A DNA stretch of 60,988 bases, the filler included. It is 10 parts of 10 records of this genome, joined end to end, with 100 filler letters (N's around TTAATTAATTAA, not from the genome) between each part and the next. Parts side by side here need not be neighbours in the genome. Positions count along the whole stretch, not along the records: positions 1 to 6,113 come from SRR31147125_64889; positions 6,214 to 11,319 come from SRR31147125_64919; 8 more parts are not named here. The stretch is one strand, 5' to 3'. A program made the translations under genes and the position numbers. The notes under the pieces were generated by a model that was not told the origin of the DNA, did no database searches, and saw nothing but the letters and a program-made list of their open reading frames with translations. Shown here piece after piece: positions 1-9,633 of this stretch; position 1 is the stretch's first letter, and every line of letters begins with the position of its first letter.

Positions 1-161
1 GCTATCCGCATATTAACAGGATGCCGGGCTGATACTATCGCATGGTATTGAAATAATTGATAAATATTATCACTTATTCTTGATAATTATGTATAAATAA
101 AGTACAATGCTAAAAACACAACCAAGCTAAAAAAAGGTAAACAATGATCAGGGGACGCGAT

Positions 162-1403
162 ATGAAGAAAACATTTGTGACATTGGAGCAGCTCAGACAA
201 ATAACCGAAAAATACCCGACGCCGTATCATTTATACGATGAAAAGGGCATCCGTGAAAACGCCCGGCGGTTGAATGAGGCCTTTTCCTGGAACTCGGGCT
301 TTAAGGAGTATTTTGCGGTGAAAGCCACACCCACGCCGGCGATTTTGAAAATCCTCAAAGAGGAAGGCTGCGGGACGGATTGTGCGTCGCTGACGGAGCT
401 GATGCTCAGTGAACGCTGCGGCTTTACCGGAGAAGAAATCATGTTCTCCTCAAATGTCACGCCGCCTGAGGAATATAAAAAAGCGCTGGAGCTCGGCGCA
501 ACGATCAATCTGGATGACTTGACGCATGTCGAGTTCTTGAATAACGTGGGGGGCATCCCTAAAAAAATCTGCTGCCGGTTTAATCCGGGTGGCTATTTTG
601 CCATATCCAACCAAATTATGGATAACCCGAACGAATCCAAGTACGGTATGACAAAGGGGCAGATGATTCTCGCATATAAAAGGCTCATGGAGCTCGGTGC
701 GGAAGAATTCGGCATCCATGCGTTTTTAGCCAGCAACACGCTTACGAACGAATATTATCCCCACCTGGCCGCCCAGCTTTTCGAGCTGGCCGTCGATCTG
801 CGGCGTGAGACGGGCGCCAACATCACGTTTATAAATCTGTCCGGCGGCGTGGGTATACCGTATCAGCCGGACCAGCCGGCCAATGATATCATGGTTATCG
901 GCGAGAATGTCCGCAAGGCTTATGAGTCGATCCTCGGACCGGCCGGGATGGACGATATCGCCATTTACACGGAGCTCGGGCGCTTTATGTTGGGGCCGTA
1001 TGGCTGCCTCGTAACAAAGGCGGTCCATGAAAAGCACATCTACAAGGAATACATTGGCGTGGACGCCTGCGCGTGTGATCTGATGCGCCCGGCCATGTAC
1101 GGGGCGTACCATCACATTACCGTCATGGGCAAGGAACATATGCCCAATGACCGCGTTTACGATATCACCGGCTCGCTATGTGAGAATAACGATAAGTTTG
1201 CCGTTGACCGGGCCATGCCGAAAATTGATGTCGGGGATTTCCTTGTCATACACGACACGGGCGCGCACGGGCGCGCGATGGGCTACAATTATAACGGCAA
1301 GCTGCGCTCGGCGGAGCTGCTGCTGAAGGAAGACGGAAGCGTTGAGATGATCCGTCGCGCGGAGACGCCGGAGGACTATTTCGCCACCGCAATTTTCGAT
1401 TAA
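162..1403 (+). CDS. lysA: Diaminopimelate decarboxylase
   Basis: PLP-lysine motif YFAVKA, SKYG, LSGGVG, ELGRF, GSLCENND and HDTGAHG...YNYN motifs. ATG162 chosen because it follows AGGGG. Confidence 0.93.
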   Translation: MKKTFVTLEQLRQITEKYPTPYHLYDEKGIRENARRLNEAFSWNSGFKEYFAVKATPTPAILKILKEEGCGTDCASLTELMLSERCGFTGEEIMFSSNVTPPEEYKKALELGATINLDDLTHVEFLNNVGGIPKKICCRFNPGGYFAISNQIMDNPNESKYGMTKGQMILAYKRLMELGAEEFGIHAFLASNTLTNEYYPHLAAQLFELAVDLRRETGANITFINLSGGVGIPYQPDQPANDIMVIGENVRKAYESILGPAGMDDIAIYTELGRFMLGPYGCLVTKAVHEKHIYKEYIGVDACACDLMRPAMYGAYHHITVMGKEHMPNDRVYDITGSLCENNDKFAVDRAMPKIDVGDFLVIHDTGAHGRAMGYNYNGKLRSAELLLKEDGSVEMIRRAETPEDYFATAIFD

Positions 1404-1454
1404 GCTGCTTAAACCGGCGGCCGTTCAAACAAAAAGAAAGAAGGCGTCGCCTTA

Positions 1455-2246
1455 ATGAACCATATAAAACGCATCGTTGTCAAAGTCGGTACGTCCACAC
1501 TCTGCCATGGCGGAAAAGGACTGAATTTCAGAAATATAGACCGGCTGGCCAAGACGCTGACAGATATTAAAAACGCCGGGAACGAGGTCATCCTTGTGAC
1601 ATCGGGGGCTATTGGGGCCGGCTGCGGGAAGCTTAATCTGCCCGAGCGGCCGACAGACCTTCGCGTTCAGCAGGCTGTAGCGGCTGTCGGACAAAGCGAG
1701 CTGATGCACATATACGACAAATCCTTCGGTGAATACGGCGCTGTTGTCGGCCAGATTCTTTTGTCGAAAGACGATGTCGACCGGCCGACCGTCAAGCAAA
1801 ACCTGTTGGGGACGTTTGAATCGCTTTTAGGGCTGGGTGTGATCCCGGTCGTCAACGAAAACGACTCGATCTGCATTGAGGAGATCGAGTCCGAGCATAA
1901 AATATTTGGTGACAACGACATGCTCTCGGCCGTTGTCGCCGTATTGACACAGGCTAATCTGCTTGTCATCCTGTCCGATATCGACGGGCTTTACGAGGAA
2001 GACCCGAGAAAAAACCCCGATGCGCTTCATATTCCCGTCGTTGAGACGTGCTCGGCGTCCGTCCAGGCCTGTGCCGGCGGCGCGGGCAGCGCCTTTGGAC
2101 GCGGCGGCATGTCGACAAAAGTGACGGCAGCCAGCCTGGCTGGTGAGGCCGGTATTGACACCATTATCACAAACGGCGCCCGGCCCGAGGATCTTTATAC
2201 GATCATGGAGGGCGGCAGCGTCGGCACGTTATTTAAAAGTAAGTGA
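1455..2246 (+). CDS. proB: Glutamate 5-kinase (no PUA domain)
   Basis: VVKVGTSTL, VTSGAI, PVVNEND, FGDND and GGMSTK motifs; directly upstream of proA. Confidence 0.95.
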   Translation: MNHIKRIVVKVGTSTLCHGGKGLNFRNIDRLAKTLTDIKNAGNEVILVTSGAIGAGCGKLNLPERPTDLRVQQAVAAVGQSELMHIYDKSFGEYGAVVGQILLSKDDVDRPTVKQNLLGTFESLLGLGVIPVVNENDSICIEEIESEHKIFGDNDMLSAVVAVLTQANLLVILSDIDGLYEEDPRKNPDALHIPVVETCSASVQACAGGAGSAFGRGGMSTKVTAASLAGEAGIDTIITNGARPEDLYTIMEGGSVGTLFKSK

Positions 2247-2263
2247 AGGAAAGGGAGGACGAC

Positions 2264-3511
2264 ATGACGGCACTACAAGAACAGGGCGCGGCCGCAAAAG
2301 CTGCTTCTATGCAGCTTATGGTCTGCGGGACGAACGCAAAAAATAAGGCGCTTGAGACGATCGCATGCGCACTGATTGATCATCAAAAGGATATACTCAA
2401 CGCCAACGCCATCGATATGCAAAAGGCACGGGAAAACAATATGCGACCGGCACTCATGGACCGGCTGCTGCTCGATGAAAAGCGCATCGCCGGCATTGCT
2501 GACAGCGTTCGACAGGTTGCTGCGCTTGAAGACCCCGTCGGAACGTTCGACAAGATGGGTACCCGGCCCAACGGGCTTGTCATCGGACGTAAAAGAGTGC
2601 CTCTGGGCGTCATCGCCATCATCTTTGAGTCGCGCCCGAACGTCACCGTCGACGCCGCGGTGCTGTGCCTGAAGGCGGGGAATGCCGTTATACTGCGCGG
2701 CGGCAAGGAAGCGTTTAACTCCAATAATGCGCTGATGAATATTATGCGCCTGGCCGTCAAAGAAGCCGGGCTGCCGGAGGATTCCGTCGCGCTGGTGCAG
2801 GATACCTCGCGCGACAGCGTTACGGAATTGCTGCAGCTCAAGGAGTATGTCGACGTGCTGATCCCGAGGGGCGGTGCCGGCCTGATACAACACGTGGTCC
2901 AAAATGCAAAGGTACCCGTCATTGAAACAGGCGTCGGAAACTGCCATATTTACGTCGAGTCCACGGCGGACCTCAAAATGGGTGCGGAGATTATCTTCAA
3001 TGCCAAGTGCTCGCGTCCATCCGTTTGCAACGCGGCTGAGACGCTTTTAGTTGATCGGAAGATTGCCAAAGACTTTTTGCCCATGGCCAAAGCGCTCCTC
3101 GATCAAAAAAATACAGAGCTGCGCGGCTGTCCCGAGACGGCGGCTATTCTGGGGGATTGCGTCGTGCCGGCCACAGACGAGGACTACTGGACGGAATACG
3201 GCGATTATATTCTTGCCGTCAAGGTTGTGGACGGCTTGGACGAGGCGATTGGGCACATCAACAAACATAGCTCAAGGCACTCGGAAGCCATCGTGACGAG
3301 CGATTATGCGTCGTCCCAGCGCTTCTTGAATGAAGTGGATGCCGCAGCCGTCTACGTCAACGCCTCGACACGCTTTACAGACGGCGGTGAATTTGGCCTT
3401 GGAGCGGAAATCGGCATCTCAACTCAAAAGATGCACGCGCGTGGACCGATGGGACTGGAGCAGCTCACGTCCATGAAATATGTTGTCTATGGCAGCGGAC
3501 AGATTCGTTAA
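2264..3511 (+). CDS. proA: Gamma-glutamyl phosphate reductase
   Basis: ESRPNVT, LRGGKEA, RPSVCNAAE and NASTRFTDGGEFGLGAEIGISTQK motifs. GGAGG RBS before ATG2264. Confidence 0.96.
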   Translation: MTALQEQGAAAKAASMQLMVCGTNAKNKALETIACALIDHQKDILNANAIDMQKARENNMRPALMDRLLLDEKRIAGIADSVRQVAALEDPVGTFDKMGTRPNGLVIGRKRVPLGVIAIIFESRPNVTVDAAVLCLKAGNAVILRGGKEAFNSNNALMNIMRLAVKEAGLPEDSVALVQDTSRDSVTELLQLKEYVDVLIPRGGAGLIQHVVQNAKVPVIETGVGNCHIYVESTADLKMGAEIIFNAKCSRPSVCNAAETLLVDRKIAKDFLPMAKALLDQKNTELRGCPETAAILGDCVVPATDEDYWTEYGDYILAVKVVDGLDEAIGHINKHSSRHSEAIVTSDYASSQRFLNEVDAAAVYVNASTRFTDGGEFGLGAEIGISTQKMHARGPMGLEQLTSMKYVVYGSGQIR

Positions 3512-3545
3512 AATAGCACAATATTAAATATTACGACGAATGTTC

Positions 3546-3574
3546 TTGAGCTTTGGCAGATCAGGTGGTAAAAT
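3546..3574 (+). promoter_or_regulatory. Sigma70/SigA-type promoter
   Basis: TTGAGC-N17-TAAAAT with a TGn extended -10. Confidence 0.6.
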
Positions 3575-3729
3575 AAAAAGGAAATAATACCCTGATACGT
3601 GAATAGATGAAAACAAACCCTAAAATCGGTGTGAGCCGCATCACTGAGCGGCTGGCGGCGGTTCTGTAAGTATCACTCAGCTGAAAATATAAAACGGCCG
3701 GTTCTTATGATATTACTGGAGATGATTGG

Positions 3730-3834
3730 ATGAACAGCATGAATTTCATCAAAACCGTTGTCTTGACGGTTGCTGCCGCGGTTGTCGTTATATCCGCGAT
3801 CTGTTTTATCCTGAATAAGCTGAAAAAAGCGTAA
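3730..3834 (+). CDS. Unannotated 34-aa single-TM peptide MNSMNFIKTVVLTVAAAVVVISAICFILNKLKKA
   Basis: GGAG 8 nt before ATG3730; hydrophobic core with basic C-tail; flanked by its own promoter and terminator. Below the ORF-track length cut-off. Confidence 0.6.
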   Translation: MNSMNFIKTVVLTVAAAVVVISAICFILNKLKKA

Positions 3835-3894
3835 GATTGGTGCGATCATCATTCAAAACAGGACAGTCTAATTGAATTAATGCATAACGTCAGG

Positions 3895-3932
3895 AAAGAC
3901 AGCGACGGAACATCCTGCCGCTGTCTTTTTTT
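3895..3932 (+). terminator. Rho-independent terminator
   Basis: AAAGACAGCG...CGCTGTCTTT stem followed by a T-run. Confidence 0.75.
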
Positions 3933-3988
3933 ACCCTAATGCGCTTTCTACGACATCTGTCCTACAGTTAGTAAGCCTGAAAAAATCA

Positions 3989-4010
3989 GGCGGGATACAC
4001 TCATCCCGCC
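3989..4010 (-). terminator. Terminator of the HD-domain gene
   Basis: GGCGGGAT-loop-ATCCCGCC hairpin; the A-run on + gives a U-tract on -. Confidence 0.65.
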
Positions 4011-4042
4011 CGACGCGTTAACATTCATAACTATTTTATCAG

Positions 4043-4630
4043 CTATAGCTCGGCCATTTGCTTACTGACGCTGTCCTCGCAGGCACGCATGGCCTCGATG
4101 GTGAGCTCAAAGAGCTTGGTCAGGTCCCAGCCGAGCAGCTCGGCGCCCTGAGAGATGATGTCTCGTGAGCAGCCGGCGGCAAATTTCTTGTCCTTGAACT
4201 TCTTTTTTAGGCTCGACACCTCAAGGTCTGATGCGCTCTTCGAAGGGCGCATCCTGACAGCGGCGCCGATCAGCCCCGTCAGCTCGTCGGTAGCAAACAG
4301 AACCTTTTCCATCTCGTGCTCCGGTTTGGTATCGGAGCAGATACCCCAGCCGTGGCTGACAACGGCACGGACCATGTCGTCTCCGACACCGGCGTCCGTT
4401 AAAAGCTCCGGCGCTTTTTGGCAGTGCTCCTCCGGATACAGCTCAAAGTCAATATCGTGAAGCAGCCCGACGAGCGACCAGTAATCACGGTCCTCGCCGT
4501 AACCGAGTGTCTCGGCAAACCAGCCCATAACGCTTTCAACTGTCAAGGCGTGCAGGATATGAAAAGGTTCCTTGTTATACCGGCGCAAAAGCGCCAGCGC
4601 TTCGACGCGCGTAATGGATGAAGTCATCAT
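4043..4630 (-). CDS. HD (HDIG-type) metal-dependent phosphohydrolase
   Basis: H...GLLHDID, SHG, DELTGLI and KKKFKDKKFAAG motifs. Confidence 0.85.
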   Translation of the reverse strand: MMTSSITRVEALALLRRYNKEPFHILHALTVESVMGWFAETLGYGEDRDYWSLVGLLHDIDFELYPEEHCQKAPELLTDAGVGDDMVRAVVSHGWGICSDTKPEHEMEKVLFATDELTGLIGAAVRMRPSKSASDLEVSSLKKKFKDKKFAAGCSRDIISQGAELLGWDLTKLFELTIEAMRACEDSVSKQMAEL

Positions 4631-4722
4631 TTGTATGTCTCCCTTTACGTATTTTCTGCGGCTATTTTACTCTTTTCGTTTTAAGCTGTAAAGGGAGACG
4701 CTGAAAACAATTTGCCTGACGT

Positions 4723-5739
4723 TTACTGCTTGGCCCAGCTTAAGAGCGAGAGGCCGCTGTCACGTTCTTCCATATGCGACAGGGAAGCGGCCAGCAAGTC
4801 GGCGGCGCCGGCGCGTGTAAGGGTATCCGTGTACGATGATGCGCCGTGTGCGGGCATGATGTTGCAAGCGGCCAAGTTGACTTCGGCCTGGTAGGCCCAA
4901 ACAGGCGCGGCTTCATCAAGGGCACTGACGGACATCACACTTTCGACGTCGGTTAGTCTGAGCACATTATTGAGAATCATTGCCGCTTCCGAATACGTGA
5001 TGGGCTCATCTGAGTTGAAGACGAGTCGACCGTCCGAATCGCGATATCCGGTAATGACGCCGGCCATCAAACCGGTTGACACGTAAGGCTTGGCCCACAT
5101 GGGGATGCTTTCGTCGTCATAAAAGCCGGTGCGTGTGATTCCCTCCAGCGTCTCAGTGTCAGTGATGCCCAGGCACAGAGCCAGGAATTCGCTGCGTGTT
5201 ACGGACGCGTCAGGACGGAAGAAATATTCATTTCCGAGCTTTTCGCCCATGAAGACACCATTTTCGGCCAGCACGAGCGCTGAATAATACGAGCTGTTAT
5301 CCTGCATATCAGAGTAAGTTATCTGGGCTGACTGCTTTTGGATACTGATGGAAACGGTTGCCGCTTCCGAGCGGTTGCCGGACGGATCGACAGCTGTATA
5401 GCAGAAGCTGTCGGCGCCTTTTTTACCCTCCTGCGGCGTGTAAATGAAGCTGCCGTCGCTTTGTGCTTCGACACTGCCTTTTTTCGGCAGGTCGGTAATC
5501 TCAAAGATTACCTCATCGCCGTCCGGGTCGGTTGCGGACAGCTTTCCAGAGATGGCGATGCCCTTAAATGTTTCAAACTCAAGATTTTTAGCTATGGGAC
5601 TGGTGTTCTGCGAAATCACGGAAACGATTTCGGGACCTGTTGCCAGACAAGGCGCACCGGCCAATACGAATCCGGCTGCCAGCGCGACGAACAGCAATAC
5701 AGCGATGACGCGCGCTGTTAGTTGACGTTTTGCTTTCAT
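4723..5739 (-). CDS. Secreted Ig-like (Big_9/cadherin-like) plus SLH-domain protein
   Basis: Signal peptide; ATDPDGD...GSFIYTP...DSFCYTAVD; SLH-like FRPDASVTRSEF, WAKPYV...GVITGY and TLTRA; GGAGG RBS. Confidence 0.8.
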   Translation of the reverse strand: MKAKRQLTARVIAVLLFVALAAGFVLAGAPCLATGPEIVSVISQNTSPIAKNLEFETFKGIAISGKLSATDPDGDEVIFEITDLPKKGSVEAQSDGSFIYTPQEGKKGADSFCYTAVDPSGNRSEAATVSISIQKQSAQITYSDMQDNSSYYSALVLAENGVFMGEKLGNEYFFRPDASVTRSEFLALCLGITDTETLEGITRTGFYDDESIPMWAKPYVSTGLMAGVITGYRDSDGRLVFNSDEPITYSEAAMILNNVLRLTDVESVMSVSALDEAAPVWAYQAEVNLAACNIMPAHGASSYTDTLTRAGAADLLAASLSHMEERDSGLSLLSWAKQ

Positions 5740-5939
5740 ACATGTACCTCCGTAATGAATGATTATCCGGCCTGCAAGTCACCCCGCAGGCAACCGGATC
5801 AACATTATGATTTACCGAAAAATGGTATTTATTCAGCATTATGCCTGATAATGAATGAAAAAATTATGCTGTAATTATTTATCCACACCATTGTGGTTCG
5901 GGCGATTTGCAATGTCGAATAAAATATCTTTCATTTTTA

Positions 5940-5968
5940 TTGACAATGGCCGTTTGCCACTGTATTAT
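5940..5968 (+). promoter_or_regulatory. Near-consensus sigma70 promoter
   Basis: TTGACA-N17-TATTAT. Confidence 0.75.
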
Positions 5969-6090
5969 ATATATTATGGAAACCTCTTTATTTTTAAGGT
6001 CGGGCGCTCGTTTTAACCGCGGATTCAAACGGCGGAAAAAGGTCCCGCCGCTCAGAATAAATTCAAAATTAAGGAAAAGGAGTGTCGGCT

Positions 6091-6113
6091 ATGCCGGATG
6101 TACGTTCCAAAAA
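6091..6113 (+). CDS. Start of a gene truncated by the contig end (MPDVRSK...)
   Basis: AAGGAG RBS, then ATG6091; runs into the linker. Confidence 0.5.
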
Positions 6114-6213
6114 NNNNNNNNNNNNNNNNNNNNNNNNNNNNNNNNNNNNNNNNNNNNTTAATTAATTAANNNNNNNNNNNNNNNNNNNNNNNNNNNNNNN
6201 NNNNNNNNNNNNN
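6114..6213. other. Artificial contig linker (N44-TTAATTAATTAA-N44)
   Basis: 100-nt N spacer with a six-frame stop cassette. Identical linkers at 11320-11419, 18513-18612, 24245-24344, 30180-30279, 35593-35692, 41678-41777, 48880-48979 and 54340-54439. Confidence 0.99.
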
Positions 6214-6214
6214 A

Positions 6215-8971
6215 TGCTTTGCTACAAACTCAAACATCAGCGGGTTTGATAACATTGGTGGTTTATGTGGCCATAATTACAATGGCAGTATCGTTAAGTC
6301 ATATTCACACAACATTGATATAAGTGCACGTGATAATTCAGGCGGTTTGTGCGGTTACAATCAAACATACAGCATTATAGAAAACAGTTACTCACACAGT
6401 ACAGTTTCCGGAAGAAATAATATTGGAGGACTTTGCGGTTATATCTACAACTATAGCAATCTTTTGAACTGTTATAGTGTATCAACAGTTTCCGGCAGCT
6501 CCAACGTTAGCGGACTGCTTGGATATTCATATTATCATACTTCAGTTACCAGCAGTTACTGGGATGTTGAAGCGGATGGTATTGACGGTAATGCATCTGG
6601 TGATGACTATTACGGCTCAACCGGAAAGACAACAGCCGAGATGCAAACGGTTGATACATTTGTTGGCTGGGACTTTACCAATGATGGCGAGCCTGCGATA
6701 TGGTTTATGTTTGCCGGTGAATATCCGCGGCTTAGATGGGAAGTATCGCTGGTGCCAGATGTAACTAATATACCACAGATAGATGCCGAAGATGCTATTA
6801 CTGATGTAAGGTTAACTGTTGGTGATATTACTCATGAATATAGTTTCACAATTGTAGAAGATAATACCATCAGCCAGGAAATAGCGGCGGGTGAATATGT
6901 ACTCCGCTATACTCCAATCAACCTGGTAGTATCAGACGGACCAGAGATGGCAACAGTACCTGATGTGGTAAATACCCCACAAGCGGATGCTGAAACAGCT
7001 ATAACAGATGTAAAACTTATCGTCGGTGAGATAACCCACGCATATGATTTTGTTATCCCGGCAGGTAATGTAATCAGACAGAGTATCGCGGGCGGCGAGA
7101 GCATAATCATCAATACAGAGATAGACCTGGAAATTTCAAATGGACCGGAGATGACAACGGTGCCAGATGTTGTATACATGACAGAAGAAGATGCGGTACA
7201 TGAACTAATGACAGCCAAGCTGACTGTTGGGACTATTACACATGTGTATGACTTTGATGTGCCATCGGGCCAGGTAATAAGACAGTTTTTAGCAGCAGGT
7301 GAACCAGCTATCATAAATACCGAGGTTGACATTGAAGTTTCTGACGGACCGGAAATGGTAGGTGTACCGTCATTATATGATATGAACCTGACCCAGGCTA
7401 TCGGCATAATCGAAGATGCCGGGCTTGTTGTTGGCGACATAAGTACGGGCAACAGCTTTACAGTTGCACAAGGTAATGTCATCGGTCAAAGCATCGCCGG
7501 CGGCGGAAGTACCGTGATAGGTTCTGCGATAGACCTGGTGGTATCTGATGGCCCACAGATAGTAACCGTACCAGACGTGGTTGGAACAGACGAGACGAGT
7601 GCAGAAGCAGCGATAGTATCAGCAGGACTAACTGTTGGTACGCCAACCCTGCACTACAGTGCAACAGTACCGACGGGAACGGTAATATCTCAGAGTGTTC
7701 CAGCTGATGATAGGGTATTGATAGGTTCAATAGTATCGCTGCTAATCTCTAAAGGACCTCAGATGACCACAGTTCCGGATGTGGAAAATCTTCCTCAGCC
7801 GCATGCCGAGGCATTGATCGAGGCAGCAGACCTGGTTGTTGGAACAATAACAACAACAAGCAGCATGACAGTTCCGGCGGGCAATGTAATCACCCAGAGC
7901 ATAGCGGCAGGCAACTCTGCAGCAGTTGACACTTCAATAAACCTTGAAATATCAAGTGGTCCTGAAATGAAGATTGTCCCTACTTTGGTTAACCTGCCAG
8001 AGGCAGATGCCGAAGCAGCTCTCATTAATGCCGGGCTAACTGTTGGAACTAAAACCTACGCTAACAGTTCTACTGTTCCGGCAGGTAATGTTATCAGCCA
8101 GAGCATAGCGGCCGGCGAATCGATTGAGATTAATTCAGCTGTTGACCTGGAAATCTCGCAGGGACCAGTTATGGTAACCGTGCCGAGTTTGAGAAATAAA
8201 ACACAAGCAGAGGCAGAAGCTTCTCTGAGTAGTGCTGGTCTTTTGTTGGGCAGTATCAGTTATGATATGAGTTATACCGTGTTGCAGGATGGGATAATCA
8301 GTCAGACCGCGGCAGCCGGGGAATCGGTTGCGATTGATTCGGCAATTGATATCGTAATATCAAACGGTACAAGACCAGTTGACATGCAAACATTCGGTGA
8401 ACTTGCAGCGTTCTGGATGATTAGTGAATGCAATACATACTCCGGCTGTTTGGAAATTGATTTCAACTATGACAACAATATTGACATGCTTGACTTGACA
8501 TTATTGACAGGAAACTGGCTATCAATGACAGGCGTAATGGTTGATCCGGTACTGGCCGAATACTTCGAAGGACTGAACCATCTAGTCGATCTTCAATCTT
8601 CGGCTGAAAACAACTGGAGCATAGTTAGTAATGAAGCATATCATGGCATGTATTGTGCCAGGTCTGCGACTATTGTCGATAGTCAGGAAAGTGTAATGGA
8701 ACTGACTGTTGACACAACAGGCTTTGACACTATCAGCTTTGCCTGTAAGGTATCAAGTGAGCAGGATTATGACTACCTGAAATTCTATATCGACGGCAAG
8801 AGACAAGATGGTTTCTCCGGCGAAATCGACTGGGCCGTTTACAGCTACAGCGTATGGCCAGGAACACACACTTTCAAGTGGGTTTATGAGAAAGACGAAA
8901 CTATCAGCGAAGGTAGTGATGCCGCGTGGATCGACAGTATCGTTTTTTCCCAGAATGAAGATGTAGAATAA
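6215..8971 (+). CDS. Large surface protein (5' truncated): GLUG repeats, 8 PASTA domains, dockerin/EF-hand-like segment, C-terminal beta-sandwich
   Basis: Frame is open from 6215. IGGLCG repeats; eight VP(D/S/T)(V/L)...GNVI.Q units of about 68 aa; DFNYDNNIDMLDL; VSSEQDYDYLKFYIDG...WVYEKD...AWIDSI. Confidence 0.85.
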   Translation, partial: CFATNSNISGFDNIGGLCGHNYNGSIVKSYSHNIDISARDNSGGLCGYNQTYSIIENSYSHSTVSGRNNIGGLCGYIYNYSNLLNCYSVSTVSGSSNVSGLLGYSYYHTSVTSSYWDVEADGIDGNASGDDYYGSTGKTTAEMQTVDTFVGWDFTNDGEPAIWFMFAGEYPRLRWEVSLVPDVTNIPQIDAEDAITDVRLTVGDITHEYSFTIVEDNTISQEIAAGEYVLRYTPINLVVSDGPEMATVPDVVNTPQADAETAITDVKLIVGEITHAYDFVIPAGNVIRQSIAGGESIIINTEIDLEISNGPEMTTVPDVVYMTEEDAVHELMTAKLTVGTITHVYDFDVPSGQVIRQFLAAGEPAIINTEVDIEVSDGPEMVGVPSLYDMNLTQAIGIIEDAGLVVGDISTGNSFTVAQGNVIGQSIAGGGSTVIGSAIDLVVSDGPQIVTVPDVVGTDETSAEAAIVSAGLTVGTPTLHYSATVPTGTVISQSVPADDRVLIGSIVSLLISKGPQMTTVPDVENLPQPHAEALIEAADLVVGTITTTSSMTVPAGNVITQSIAAGNSAAVDTSINLEISSGPEMKIVPTLVNLPEADAEAALINAGLTVGTKTYANSSTVPAGNVISQSIAAGESIEINSAVDLEISQGPVMVTVPSLRNKTQAEAEASLSSAGLLLGSISYDMSYTVLQDGIISQTAAAGESVAIDSAIDIVISNGTRPVDMQTFGELAAFWMISECNTYSGCLEIDFNYDNNIDMLDLTLLTGNWLSMTGVMVDPVLAEYFEGLNHLVDLQSSAENNWSIVSNEAYHGMYCARSATIVDSQESVMELTVDTTGFDTISFACKVSSEQDYDYLKFYIDGKRQDGFSGEIDWAVYSYSVWPGTHTFKWVYEKDETISEGSDAAWIDSIVFSQNEDVE

Positions 8972-8998
8972 GTAACTTAGTAAACACCTTTAAAAAAT

Positions 8999-9036
8999 AA
9001 AACCCCGGCAGGAAATAATTCCCACTGGGGTTTTTT
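8999..9036. terminator. Bidirectional terminator
   Basis: AAAACCCC(G)G...CTGGGGTTTT between convergent genes. Confidence 0.7.
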
Positions 9037-9095
9037 ATATAAATCCTTTTTCTTTATATCAAAAAACTTAAGGCAACCTCTGTTATGTGGTCACC

Positions 9096-9572
9096 TTAAT
9101 TCTTTCTCGGCAATGCAATAGTACCGGTCCGAACAACATCTTTAATGCCGTAAGGTCTACACATATCTATAAAAGCTTCAACCTTTTCATTAGGACCGGC
9201 AATCTCAATTGTGACAAAGCTTGAACCGATATCAACAACCTTACCATTAAACATTTCTACCAGCGAATGAATTTCAGGGCGTTTTTCCGCAGGAGAAGCA
9301 ACAGAAATCAGCATAAGCTCTCGCTCTGCCAATTGGGTACTGGTAAAATCAAAAATCTTTAATACCGGTACAATTTTTCCAAGCTGCTTGCGAACCTGTT
9401 CCAAAACAGCATCATCACCAATAACTACTATAGTCATCCTACTGACATTTGGATCATCTGTGCGGCCAACCGCCAGCGAATCAATATTATAACCGCGAGC
9501 AGCAAACATACCGGCAACATGAGCAAGTACGCCGGATTGATTCTGAACTAATACACTTATAGTTTTTTTCAT
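9096..9572 (-). CDS. ilvH: Acetolactate synthase small (regulatory) subunit
   Basis: ACT domain with NQSGVL, RGYNIDSLAVG, ERELMLI and RTG; downstream of ilvB. Confidence 0.93.
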   Translation of the reverse strand: MKKTISVLVQNQSGVLAHVAGMFAARGYNIDSLAVGRTDDPNVSRMTIVVIGDDAVLEQVRKQLGKIVPVLKIFDFTSTQLAERELMLISVASPAEKRPEIHSLVEMFNGKVVDIGSSFVTIEIAGPNEKVEAFIDMCRPYGIKDVVRTGTIALPRKN

Positions 9573-9633
9573 GATTCTACACCTTATATATTAAGCGGAA
9601 TAATAAACCGCTTTATTGATTTATTTCCAATTA

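Noticed and set aside
3591-3894. 6S RNA interpretation of the post-proA region
   Set aside because: Only short resemblances (CCTGAT, TTCAAAAC). About 300 nt is too long, terminal pairing is weak and it contains an RBS-led ORF. Kept only as an alternative to test.
5803-5830. SigE-like sporulation promoter (ATA-N16-CATAATGT) for the SLH gene
   Set aside because: The motif is short and AT-rich; a chance match cannot be excluded without comparative data.
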